A stretch of 62,030 nucleotides of DNA, counting the filler, from Sphacelaria rigidula (taxonomy: Eukaryota): NCBI GenBank assembly GCA_964200075.2. It is 11 parts of 11 records of this genome, joined end to end, with 100 filler letters (N's around TTAATTAATTAA, not from the genome) between each part and the next. Parts side by side here need not be neighbours in the genome. Positions count along the whole stretch, not along the records: positions 50,835 to 56,382 come from CAXNAA020026436.1; positions 56,483 to 62,030 come from CAXNAA020026437.1; 9 more parts are not named here. One strand, 5' to 3'. How positions within the stretch are numbered: the first letter of the stretch is position 1; every line of letters starts with the position of its first letter. Below, piece by piece: positions 50,735 to 62,030 of the stretch. The notes under the pieces are model-generated. The model ran no database searches. It saw only the letters and a list, made by a program, of their open reading frames with translations, and was not told the DNA's origin. The translations under genes were made by a program, and so were the position numbers.

Positions 50735-53700
50735 NNNNNNNNNNNNNNNNNNNNNNNNNNNNNNNNNNNNNNNNNNNNTTAATTAATTAANNNNNNNNNN
50801 NNNNNNNNNNNNNNNNNNNNNNNNNNNNNNNNNNCGATCTTCTGGCCATTTTCCGTGTCTTTCCTAGGCAAAAAACGAGAAGGTATACCTTTTCTAGGCC
50901 ATTGCCCTAATCAGGAAGTCGTACAGCAGGTGATCCGATATCATGCTGGAGTGATGATGCCGAATGAGGCGGCCCCAGGTCGAACACGTACTATAATCGA
51001 TGTAAGGCCGCTTCGACCATATGTCGAATGAAGCATCTTATTGTGTCACGTGACTCCTTGAACAAGACCGAACCGGCCTCATGTTGGATCAACAAGCGGC
51101 AAGTGTTGTTTCATTGTTGATAGCACCGCGACTAGTTTAGGCGCCGTGCCCGTCCTTTGAGGATTCTTTTTTTTTAACGGAAAGGCGGGAACGGCACGGC
51201 ACGGGTGTAATTCGTCCGCAAAAGACATGGCACGGGCACGTTGCACCTCAACTCCCACCGGCGGGGTATTGTCATCTTCTGTTTCTAGAGCTTACGTCAC
51301 ATTAGCTCAATTCCTTGAGAGCACTAGTTCTTTCTCTCCGACCCGTGGTCACAGGGTGCAAGGAGCCAAAACGGTATAGTACACGAAAAGAACGAGCCCG
51401 CAAGAACCGATCGAACTACAAGCAACACACTGCAAGCTGACAAATTACCGTCGTGCGATCTAGAAGACCAAATTACCACCTAGTGCTGCACGTACGTGTA
51501 GAAAAAGCAAACGCAGGAATCGACTTCTTATGTCGCAGGCAGCGATAACCATCTCGTAATAGACCTGGTAATATTAGAAAAGATCCCAGGTTCAAGGAAA
51601 TGAGGAAATAGCTTTACCACCGAAGCATCAACTGACTTGGCTCAACATTAATATCAAGTGAGTTGATCACCCTACTATTAGTTCGGTGTAACTACCCAGA
51701 GCTAATCCAAGTTCGAGAAACTCATATCTTCGTACCCTACAAGCAGAAAATTTGAAATGTATAGGAAATAGTTTCAAACTTGGGCCATATAGAACTCAGG
51801 ACACTCCCGATCCCCCCTAATCTTGGCCACGTCACTGTACAGAAGACGACACTAAGCCGAAAGAACCGAAGCTCAAAATGAGAAGAAATTATGTCGCAAA
51901 AACGTCACAGATGCTGCCGGAAGCTGACATGGATGACGTCGGATGTGACGAAGTCCGTCACGTTCCGAGTGTAGGCATCTGATTTTGGAACGCATCACGG
52001 TAGAAAGAAGGCGGGCAAGGGGCAAAGTAAAGGAACGTAGAGACGGGAACAAGCGTGCAGCTGGAGATTGCACTGAGGCATGTTGAAAGCAAAAAAGAGG
52101 GCTGCCACCGACGACAGCAAGCATTGAAGGTGGGAGGGGGCAGGATGAAAATGGGACTATATGTGGTGCAGAGAGGGTTGAAGGGGGACAATGAGTCTGT
52201 AGTTGTGATACTTACCGTAAACGATGGTTCACTTTCCGGCTCCGCTTCTGGTAGCCGAGGGTCGGGTACCCTGTCAGGTAGGACTGGGTTTCTTCTTTTC
52301 GGGTGGAGGATCTGTTTTGCTTGGTGGCGTCACGGGGTGGCCTCTGGGAGGGGAGGGGGAATAAGTATTGACTCGCGGTACTTTCCGAGGTGTGGAGGTG
52401 TCGTTTCTCGAGGGAAACGCCTCTTTTTCCTGCAACAAATGCCGTTGGAAATCCGACAGGAGCTCGGTGGTATGAAGTGCTGACCCCGATGTCCGCGCCA
52501 CACGCAAGGCAGAGGAAGGGGAACTGTTTCCTGGCGCCCTCCGAGACTGGCTTTGTCTCCTTGGATACAGACGCGTGGGTAGTGCATACGGAGCACCTGC
52601 CGATGTTGAACGAATCGGGGGAAGGACGAAAGGACGGTTGCGAAACGTTTACCGAGGAAAGTACGGAAGGAGACATAGTTGTACTGTGCGCGAATACGTG
52701 ACGAACGGGTGTTGAAAGCAACGATGTCAAGTAGGTGGAAAAGGAAGGAAGTGGGATAGTAGGCTGCTTCCGGTGATACGGTTACTCCTCGATGAACTTA
52801 TAGTGGGGAAACCACCGGCTTGTTACTAACTGTGGTATTCTATACCAGCAAGTACAGCATGTAGGAGTGTGTTGTATTGCGTTAACACAAAGAAGGTGAG
52901 AGTCCCCTTCTAGCGCCCCGTTCCCCATGTGTGTTGAATCGTGGGCTAAAAATGGGTAATGTCAACTCCTGCGGGAAAGTACATCGAACACCTGCATTAA
53001 ATGGACTGGGAACTGGACCAGTCAATACTGTACATCTTCATTGTAGCTGGAGTTAAACTGGAAATGGCTACGAGAGTGCCAGTTGTCCAGTCCATCTGGA
53101 GGTGTTGTGCCGTTTGTCGTTACCAAGTATTTTCTTATTAGTTTTATCATGTGGAGTTTATAACAAAGGAACACTTCATATAATCAGACTGTACGATTGA
53201 AGTCTGCAGTCTACAGCAGCACAGGTACCACCAGCTTCCTTGGTATCTAATTGTTCTGCATTTTTCAGAAGTATTTGCGATATTTGCTGGGAAAATAGGT
53301 CAAACACCGCAATTTCTTCTGCCTCGGGCGGCGATCCTGCGCGGCACCCCCCACCAGCCGGGAGGGGCGACTAGCTGGGGGAAAAATCGATGTACTGGCA
53401 ACTGGCGCGGCCAGAATCGACCGAACTGAACAGAGCTGATTGTTGACAGCCCTTACAATAACGCTGTTTTTTTTGTAGGGTTAGGGTGTGTTCGGTAGGG
53501 TATGATAGTCTTCACAAATCTTACAGAACTAACGAGTACCGGGATGAAATTCATACTTCGAGAGCTATAAGTATTTCACTTTCACAAGAGGAGAATAGTG
53601 GTGGATCAGAGCGTAGCGGAATCTGAGGGTTGTGGATCGGGGCGGATGTTTACAATATGCAACTTCTAGCCAGCCGGAGTGCAGTCAAGTACGAATCCGA

Positions 53701-54625
53701 TTATGCATAACCGGATTTACATTATTGTTCCGGTCGACGAAGGAAAGAACGAAACAGCTTTCACTTGGCTGTCATGTAGGGTTGTATATAAACTATTTTG
53801 AGGGGTTGATTTGATATTTGATTTTTCTTCCAAATCGGCTGGATTAAATTATGACTGGTTGATTCAATCAACTAATCAACAACACGTCAATTAAATCAAC
53901 AAACTTGAGTACTTGATTTTTTTCGGTAGAATTTCAACGGCACACAAGCCAAAAATCGGCTGAATTTTGTCGTGTGACAAAATAAAGCACACGAGCACGC
54001 ATACGCAAGCCCACAGCAGCAGCACAGCAGTCTTTTGTTCAATATTTTAGCATAATCTGCTGCATCGGTACTCAAGCATCCCGTCTTCCTGCACCACCCC
54101 TGTATTTTACTTCGAAGCGCTCTCAAATATGGAACATGTACGCCTCAAACTTGTCTGGCAGAACAAAACGAAAGTAGTAGCCAGATTGCACGAAGATGCT
54201 TCTCGACGTTTACCCTTGAAATGGTCAATGCTACCGTATTTGTGCCGGTACTTTTCAATTTGGTGTCCGGATGTTTCGTACGGTCAGCAGTGTGCTTCAA
54301 GGACGTACGGGAATTATGAGAACAATGGTCAGGGAATTTGGGTTACGTCTACTACACCATCGGTGGCCTTGGTCCACGTGCATCTCAAGCCCCGCTTCGA
54401 ATCGCTGCACGACCCGGCTTGGTGGACGGCCGTTTTCTTTCAGTCGACCGGCTTTGCACACATGAAAATTCCGGGCTTCACGAGCTACGTTTTTTCCAAA
54501 TATCACACCATGGATGCGAAAGAAGTGACCGAAGTTCACGAGGAAAACAAACGAAAATAGTTGAATCCATTTGAATTCGATTTATGATATGCCTTACATG
54601 AGGCATGAAAGAAAAAATGAATTCA

Positions 54626-55091
54626 TGGTCGACGAGGGAGAGGGCGTGCTGAGCCCTCTCTTGATGAAAAAAAATAGGGGAAGCACCGCAGAACAAAGGT
54701 GGAGAGAGTAATGCTACGGTAAGGGGTGCACAAAATGTTCCTGGGTAGGGGTACCGGATGGAGACTCCAGTAATGCCGCGATTACCCCCCCCCAAAAAAA
54801 CAAATACAGGCATAAACCGGGCTGGATTGGAGGTGTGTGCGATATTCTGCGACCAAGTATGTGCGATTCATGAGACATGTCACCGGTCCAGTGACACAGC
54901 GAAGGAAGGCCTCAGACAAGATTTCGCGAAAAAATGGCACCCCTACCGTAGCATTGCTTGAGAACTCGAACAAATGAAAAAGAACAAGAAGTCCTGTTTT
55001 GGTGTTCCTCCTGTGTTACCCCGGCTGGTCCGCCCACATATACCAGAAGGTAGAGACTGGCGTCCAGAATAGATGGGATGACAACACACAC
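54626..55091 (+). mobile_element. SINE 3' portion split by MITE 54710-54957
   Basis: gtcgacgaggga...aagcaccgca on one side of the MITE; ttcctcctgtgttaccccggctgg...gacaacacacaca on the other. Confidence 0.7.
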
Positions 55092-55186
55092 AGTCATTCT
55101 GCGACAGGCGATCCTCATATCAGCCCCCAAAACTGTCACGGAAAAAAACAAAGTGCGGGGCACTCCAGCTTTTTTTATACAGCATG

Positions 55187-55515
55187 CACACGCGGCCGTT
55201 TGGCTACCCCCAAACTTACTCCAGGTCGGTCAACTTTTCGAGCCTCCAGAGGAATAAAACGCCCCCGGAGGTGTGCGGCCCTCCAGAAGAAATTTTTGGT
55301 TTCCTCCAGATGGATTAAACGCCTCCGGAGGCTTGTTCTTGCCTCTGGAGGGCGGCGCATGCCCCATATTCCTCCGGAGGGGTGCGCGGCCCTCCAGGTC
55401 GGTAGAGGTTTATTTCCTCCAGAGGGAATGAAAGCCTCCGGAGGCTTGTTTTGCCTCTGGAGGGCCATGCACCCCTCCGGAGGCATTTAGGGGGGTAGTC
55501 AAATGGCCGCGTGTG
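55187..55515. mobile_element. CAC-terminated (CMC/CACTA-like) MITE filled with CCTCC(A/G)GAGG palindromes
   Basis: 25-bp TIR cacacgcggccgtttggctaccccc / gggggtagtcaaatggccgcgtgtg; about ten cctccggagg-type motifs; TG on both flanks. Confidence 0.75.
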
Positions 55516-57576
55516 TGAGGTGCCTCATGGGCGACATTGGCGGATTTTACGACTACCATGACGATTTTGCAGCTGCTCTGTGCACACACGAGGTTCTTTT
55601 CTTCGTTTCGTGTGACAGGTCCACGTGAAATTTTGTTTGGCGTAGATTTCGTAACAGTGGGCTGTGCAAAACATTTCGTGAAATATTCTACACTACAGGG
55701 CTTTCGATCGTGGCTACGGAGTATGTACTTCGGACTAGAATGATACAAGACGGGAGCAGCTGCCGGTTTTGGACGTGAGCTAACCTTGCCTGCGCTCACT
55801 ACAGACAGTGCCGCGCAAATGCGTCATCGCGAAAGCTCCGCCGACCGAACGTCCGTAAAGAGTCTGACCAGCGAAATTATATGGAGCTAGATCAATGAAC
55901 ATGAGACGGCAACGTTTCCCTGTGACGACGGATCATGAGCGTCACCCCACCTCACTCCGCGAAATATAGAACATGCACCGTAGGTACGGTAGGTACCCGG
56001 TACCGCTATTTGGGACATCTCATACCCTACCGATACCGGTCCAATCGGGTATCTTAAAATGTCATACCTACGATACCCACGACACTAGGGTTTTTCGATA
56101 TTTCAAAACTAACGAGTCGATGAGTAGACATATCCGTCGATCGATGGTTGCGCCGCAGGCAAAATAAAAACGTGACACGACGCAAACGCCTCTTTTCTTC
56201 CTGGAAAAAATCAACTAAGAACAGGGGGTTCTGTAAAATGAGGTTGATCAATGAAGTGAGGTTTGAGGAGGCTAGTCAGTATGCGACAAAAACCCGAGGG
56301 AAGTACCGTCCGCAAGTGCCTTCGATCATTTTCGGCGGGGTGGGGCGTACTCATTCGTCGCTTGCCTTAGTGGTTTGACCATNNNNNNNNNNNNNNNNNN
56401 NNNNNNNNNNNNNNNNNNNNNNNNNNTTAATTAATTAANNNNNNNNNNNNNNNNNNNNNNNNNNNNNNNNNNNNNNNNNNNNTGACCCTTTTTCCCCCGC
56501 GTACTGTTTTTGTATTTTATTTTAAATCCCCCCCCCCCCCCATGGATGTACCATAGCTTTTTTTTTTTTTGTCGCGGTAGCTCAAAACACGTCTCCGTCT
56601 GCAATCGACCTCTACCGTGAAGTTTTGCACTGTACCGCACAAGCACATACGTGAGTCCTCCTCTTGTCACCATCGGCCCGGCAATTTTTTTCCCTCTGTC
56701 ATACTTTCACAAGCCCTCCCGCCCTTCCTCGGGACAAGTCCGTGGTTTCCAAAAGGGATCATTCAACCAGTAGTGTTCACCACGTGGTCGATTAGAACTT
56801 TCCCGGAATTTTATTACTTGATTTGAGTGTCAACACCGATATTCGGATCTTTAGCGGAGCTGACAGACCCAACTGCCCCCCGCGTGCGCAAAACGCGTTT
56901 TCGTCAAAACTGGCGCCTGCGGCTCCATCTTGAGGTCTGCCAACATCACACTTTGCCTAGGGAACGCTTCACACACCCCTCGCCGGAGGGTTCTCGGTAT
57001 GCCTTGGGTTGGGTTTTGGGTCGGGGTTAGCGTTATCGTAATGAAGATGTTTCCGAGAAATTTCGTCATCGACCAAGTGGTGAGCACACCTCCGATCAGC
57101 TCATCTCTACCCCCCGGTACGATACAGCACATGCCTTGCATTTTGGTCTCGCGGATTGGATCACCACTGCCCTTGCGCACCGCGTCGTCTCTCTCGCCAG
57201 CGTGCTCAGCCAAACACACTCTCCTTGTTCCTACTACTCACGTACATCCTTACGCTTTCCACGGCGAAAACGAATCAGAGAGATTCTTGTCGAAAGAAGG
57301 AAAAAAAAAGGACCCATCCGGCAAGATTCGAGCCCACGTTTTTTCCACACTGACAGTGTCAGTGATGGTGCCATTTTTATTTTGTCAACACCGGGGTTCG
57401 GGGCCCATTGAGCTTGATATTCACAACCTACTTTGAGTAACACCCCCTCACCCGGTGAGAGTTAGTTCGGCTGTTTCTGGCACCGTGTCGGTATCTAGAG
57501 TGCCGCACCACTCCCTTGAATCAAGACCCGGGGTGATAAATTTGCGGACCCCCCAAAAGTGGTTGCACCGCGATGG

Positions 57577-57922
57577 ACCGGTCGCCCCGGTGGCTCAGTT
57601 GGTAACCTCGACACCTTCTGACGGTTTGGTCGTGGGTTCGAATCTCTGGGCGATCTGAGATATTTTTTTCATGCAATGCCCAACAGTGGAGAGCGACTAT
57701 GCCGTGGGTACACAAAGTTCGACTCAATCGTCGACGAGGGAAAAGGACTGCGGAACCCCTCTGGCGATTTGAAAAAAAAGCAAGCACCGCAAAAGGGAGT
57801 TGAACCACCAAAACAAAACGAATGAAAAAACACTCCTGTGTTGGCCTTCCTCCTGTGTGACCCCGGCTGGTGCGCCCACATATACCGGAAGGTAGACCGA
57901 CGTCCAGAATAGATAGGACTAC

Positions 57923-57958
<36 letters not shown>
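57577..57958 (+). mobile_element. Full-length tRNA-derived SINE with (CA)n tail and TSD
   Basis: A box tggctcagttgg, B box ggttcgaatc; flanks caccgcgatgg / caccgcgaagg. Confidence 0.88.
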
Positions 57959-57962
<4 letters not shown>

Positions 57963-58914
57963 GCGAAGGTTATGCTGTGTCACATGCATCCGGGGTTATA
58001 ACCCGAGCCAAGCCGATGGGGAGGCAGGGAGGGGAGGAGATCCTCATTTGTACCGTAGATGGAAGTGAGGATGGGGGTGAGGGTAAGCAACGTGTCCGTC
58101 CTTCCCGTCCGCGGTTCGAGAAGTTCATCACTGTGTTCAGTTTTCAGCGCGTTCTGATTGCACAAGCCAACCAACCGCATGCGTGCCGAGCAAGAATCAC
58201 GGTCAGCGACTTTTGCAATACGTCACGATTTTGTTGTTGTTGTTGTTGGCGGCGGCAGATTTCAACGGTTACAAAAAAATAAAGCACAAAATATGGCTGT
58301 TACTATTGAGTCATCATCCTCTCATTTATATTACCCTTGGGTCTTCCTCCCCCACCGTGAATAAGGTGGGATAGCGCAGTCGGAGTGGGGCAAACAACTT
58401 ACGAGTACGCCCCCCTCATCCCCCAGCATGAGTTTTCCCGCCCCTCGGACTCTCGAGTACAATCGATCACATATGACGACAAAGTGAACCTTCTAGCACA
58501 GACTGCTCTAGAAGGTGTCTTGTCTGTAATATAATATGACACACCACTGCAGCGTCGGTGTACGGAATATTGTGTCATACAGGCCGGGGCAGCTGACAGT
58601 GATTTTTGAATGTATTTCGGCGATGCGGTCGGTATTTCGAAGAGTTAGGCGCTGAACTTTCGACACACCATTTTTATCATCACCATGGACAATATTTCTG
58701 GGGATGCCAAGAAAGGAAAAAAAAACAGGAAGTCAGAGCGATTTGAAGTTTCTGCAATAACTAGAAAAGTGCTTTAACTCCGTGAAGAAAAAAAAACAAA
58801 AATACGGAGGCATCCCTAGAAATGTTGTGCGTCCTTGTGTGGAGGAGATCCTGGTGCAATTTCGGCCAAAATAACGGAAAAAAAATGGCACAACAGCATC
58901 CAATTTTTTTGTGT

Positions 58915-58986
58915 GGCACCCGGTGGTCAAACTGGTAGAACCGCCTCTTACTACAGAGGTCACGAGTTCGAATCCCGACACGACCA
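58915..58986 (+). repeat. tRNA-like SINE head or tRNA pseudogene
   Basis: ggtggtcaaactggtag and gagttcgaatccc boxes; no proper acceptor stem. Confidence 0.45.
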
Positions 58987-60179
58987 TTTTGTTTTTGCGC
59001 ATAATCTGGGATAGCGCCTTGCATCTGGGGGGTGTACAGCGCGGTTTGAGGTAGTACTTTCCCCTCTTGCGGTGGTAAATGACCGTTGGCTGGGAGGTTC
59101 TCTCCCCTAATGCAGCTGTTGACAACTTCGATGCCATCTTGCAGCACTACTCGTACCAGTGTGCTTTTGCTTGCGCATGTCGAGTCTTCGCGTGCCTGTG
59201 TGGCGCAATTCCCTACCGCAATTCCACCGCATTTCGTGAAACGAAACGTCATCGGACACGCTATCACGCAACGACACGAGACATTCCCGGTACTCAATGC
59301 AGTACAAAAACATCATNNNNNNNNNNATTACCAGGTTGGTCTGCAGTTCACAGTGTTATGCTAACGTCGAGCTGATTTGGTGAACTTGACGAGTTATGGT
59401 TGGAGATGCAAATGCGGGATGTACTGCTGGCCCAGCTCGTATACATCTTTGTTTACTGTCATACTCTACCCTCCCCCTCCCCCCACCCCTGCCCCATTCC
59501 TTGGGACGAGTGGTGGGTATCGAGACATCAACGCATCTATACAGTGCCGTATCTTCTCCATGCTCTGTCGTTGAAACAGTCTACATACTGTTATGGGTAG
59601 GATAAGAATGGGGGTCCTAACGACCAAAAATCGGCACAAGATTTAAAATAAGAAATGACGCGGAGGAATAATTAACACGTCAGTAGGTGGTCGGACCTGT
59701 GCCGAGGGCCTCACGAACAGAACACACACTTCATCACTTATTAAGTTGGTGTAGTACGGGAAAGCTGTAGCACTGGAGATCGCGCGCTTCTCGACACAGG
59801 AAGCAAGCCCGTCCACGCCACTTGACAGCCCCCCGCATACACACAAGATCTAGGGGCCCACGTTTGGTATTTTGCTGGCGTCGCGTCAGCGGCACGAAAA
59901 TCCCCTCCCAGAGCAGAAAACACCTATTTTTAGTATATCTAGGTCACTTGCGAGTCGGCATCACGCGCAAACGCAAAGACCAAACGTGGCGACATAGGTT
60001 GGGTGTGTTGGAGGCGCACGTAAGAAACCGCAGTCCAATCCCTCGCTTCGTTGCCGAATTGTAAGCGGCGCGCCATCGGCACTTTTGGGTTGAGGATCAG
60101 TAGCGTCTTCCAGGTCGAAGATGGCAAATTCAAAAAAAAATCGGTGCGCATACAACTTTTCCTGCCGCAAGCAAGTTGT

Positions 60180-60725
60180 GACAACATGCACTTGAGAGGC
60201 GTGCCCCCGGGCGCTGCTTTGTTCTGAGCGGCTGTGCGCAAAGGGCAAATTTGCCTTTCAACGGCGAGCATCCTTTGAAGTGTCGAATTACAGAGAGAGA
60301 GTTGATGGAAGAAAGACAACGCTAGCGGCTGCCTCTTGTCAGGGCTCCAGTGCAGAAGCCAAGGCGTCGAGAGCGATTTTAGTACGAGTATGTGCCTTAC
60401 ATCTGCTGGTGACGGTGGTCATGTATTTAGTAACTGTCTGTATATACTAAAAATAGTATAGTGTCATAATTATATGGTTCGTTTTTGGGCGGCGTTTTTT
60501 TTTTCTTGCGGCGAGCAGTGTGTGACTGATGGCATTTCACTTTGTGGCATGCCACCAGGTGCTGCGTTGTTCTGTACGGCTGTAGACGAAGGGCAAATTC
60601 GCCTTTCAACAGCGAGTACCCTTGATGTAATGACTTGCAGAAAGTGAGATCATACGTGAACTTCGGCTGTTGTGTCTGAGGGTTCCAGCGGAGAAGCCAA
60701 GGCGCGTAGAGTGATTTTCATTTTA
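60180..60725. repeat. Diverged local duplication (~60190-60385 vs ~60540-60722)
   Basis: gggcaaatttgcctttcaacggcgag and gaagccaaggcg...gatttt occur in both. Confidence 0.7.
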
Positions 60726-62030
60726 GACTGCGCACCATGTATGCCTAGGTCGACAGAGCCACGGTGTTTCAAGTAACTGCCTGTACAGATTGAACATGAA
60801 GAAAAATTGACGTTGAAGATGTCGATCTGGACAGAGAGTACCAGACCGTGCCCAAGCGACTGACGAGATGGGATTCCTTCCGCTCATGCCATGACCCTGA
60901 CCCCAGGGGGCCCATGAGAAATTCACTCTCCGATCCCGCAGTCATAGCTTTGTGTGGGACATGCAGCGCGTAGCCAATCCGCACAGCATGAACCTCTTGA
61001 TCGTCAACAACATCAGCATCGTTCTCGGTAGTTTTCGGATGCGCGACGCTGCTGCTCATGATCTCCAAATTTCTATACTTTCTCGTTCTAGCACCATGTC
61101 GAGCACGCCTCTCACTGCAGTTTCGTTGGTGTGTAGCGGCCGCGATAGCTGCTGATTGTGCTCTTTTTTTGTTATCTTTGCAATGACGGTAAACGTGGGG
61201 TGGCAGCTCGCGGGCGTGTACTTCCCGACTGGTACAGACAGAAGCAGGACACTAGCTAGTGCAACAATATTGTCAATTTACTGATGTGGAGCGAGCTTTC
61301 CGGAGGGAGCAAATCACCTCAACACCGACCACCCCCAGGCTTGAATAAATGTACTAGAAATATAGTTCATTTCTGATGAGCCAACTCGTCATTGGTAGGT
61401 GATGCGTGTATTTTTCATTGATACGATTCGTTGAATTACGGACCACTTCTGACGCATGTAGCGTTCAGGTTGCACTTTCCATGAATATAGTACCCAAAAT
61501 CGGCCCCCATTCCTACCCATAACTGTAGTATATTGTAGTATTCCCCCCCTCTCCCCTATTTCCGTAGCCTGGTCCGGCGAGAACCCGGCGTGCTCCGTCC
61601 CGGCTTTGTACGGACGAACCCCCTATGCGGTTGGCGTCGGTTGGCAACTACGCTGTGTAACACGCCACTCATTGCGTAAGCCCGGCAACCAGGTTACCGT
61701 TTTTGCTTTGCGCGCTTGCGTTATTTTTTGTCATCACCATGTTTGTGGTCGAGCAAGATCATGCTGTGTGGCGTGGGAAAACCTCAGCTCCGCACACAGA
61801 GGATGCTCATACTACGTAGTGTTTAAATGGTGAGACACCCATGAGGCAGTGTATAAGCCGTGACTGTCTCCAGAAGTGGCGATACCAAACAATGAGGCAA
61901 CGCACTGAAGGCTGTCATTCTAGTACAAGATAATCAGTTGGCTTCGGACCGGACAATCTTCGCAGGATGCAGCTCACCCTCCATGCGACTCGCCTGACAC
62001 ACCACGGCGCTTCGCGCTTGGTGATTGAGT

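Larger units (their letters stand above)
5550..56482. other. Ten artificial contig-joining spacers (N44-TTAATTAATTAA-N44) at 5550-5649, 11199-11298, 16847-16946, 22495-22594, 28143-28242, 33791-33890, 39439-39538, 45087-45186, 50735-50834, 56383-56482
   Basis: Identical 100-bp spacers carrying a six-frame stop linker. Every intervening segment is 5548-5549 bp, as expected for size-sorted unplaced contigs concatenated together. Confidence 0.97.

Noticed and set aside
40650..53205. Giant inverted repeat (40650-43186 vs 51110-53205; 43780-44336 vs 48558-49115)
   Set aside because: The copies lie on different, artificially joined contigs, so orientation and distance are meaningless.
54129..54560. 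Protein-coding ORF or piggyBac transposase fragment
   Set aside because: No recognisable motif on either strand; the resemblance is too weak to call.
57580..57655. Functional tRNA genes here and at 14220-14294, 31822-31895, 58915-58986, 3825-3895, 57310-57375
   Set aside because: A and/or B boxes are present but the cloverleaf stems do not close; several run into SINE bodies.

Overview
Eukaryotic, intron-rich and repeat-rich DNA. The repeat types, (CA)n-tailed tRNA-derived SINEs and short exons suggest a brown alga (Phaeophyceae) or related stramenopile; this is an inference. The window is not one locus. It is 11 contigs of 5548-5549 bp joined by identical 100-bp N44-TTAATTAATTAA-N44 spacers, so adjacency across gaps means nothing. 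Recognisable host exons: the first exon of replication factor C subunit RFC3/Rfc5 (8289-8372, -), the last exon of proteasome beta-2 subunit PSMB7 (9517-9723, -), and five phase-compatible exons of a large repeat-domain, probably extracellular protein (18254-21807, -). Most of the rest is mobile DNA: a decayed Ty3/Gypsy RT, a SWIM-finger Mutator-like transposase gene, a spliced transposase-like pseudogene, LINE 3' ends, a SINE family, many MITEs (hAT-, Stowaway/Tc1-, piggyBac- and CMC-like), foldback palindromes, a higher-order 41-bp hairpin array behind a hAT-like terminus, and a ~2.5-kb dispersed element carrying a double zinc-ribbon ORF. I found no CRISPR array, Fanzor/TnpB or other clearly new multi-gene system. 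The best candidates for something undescribed are unclassified mobile elements.
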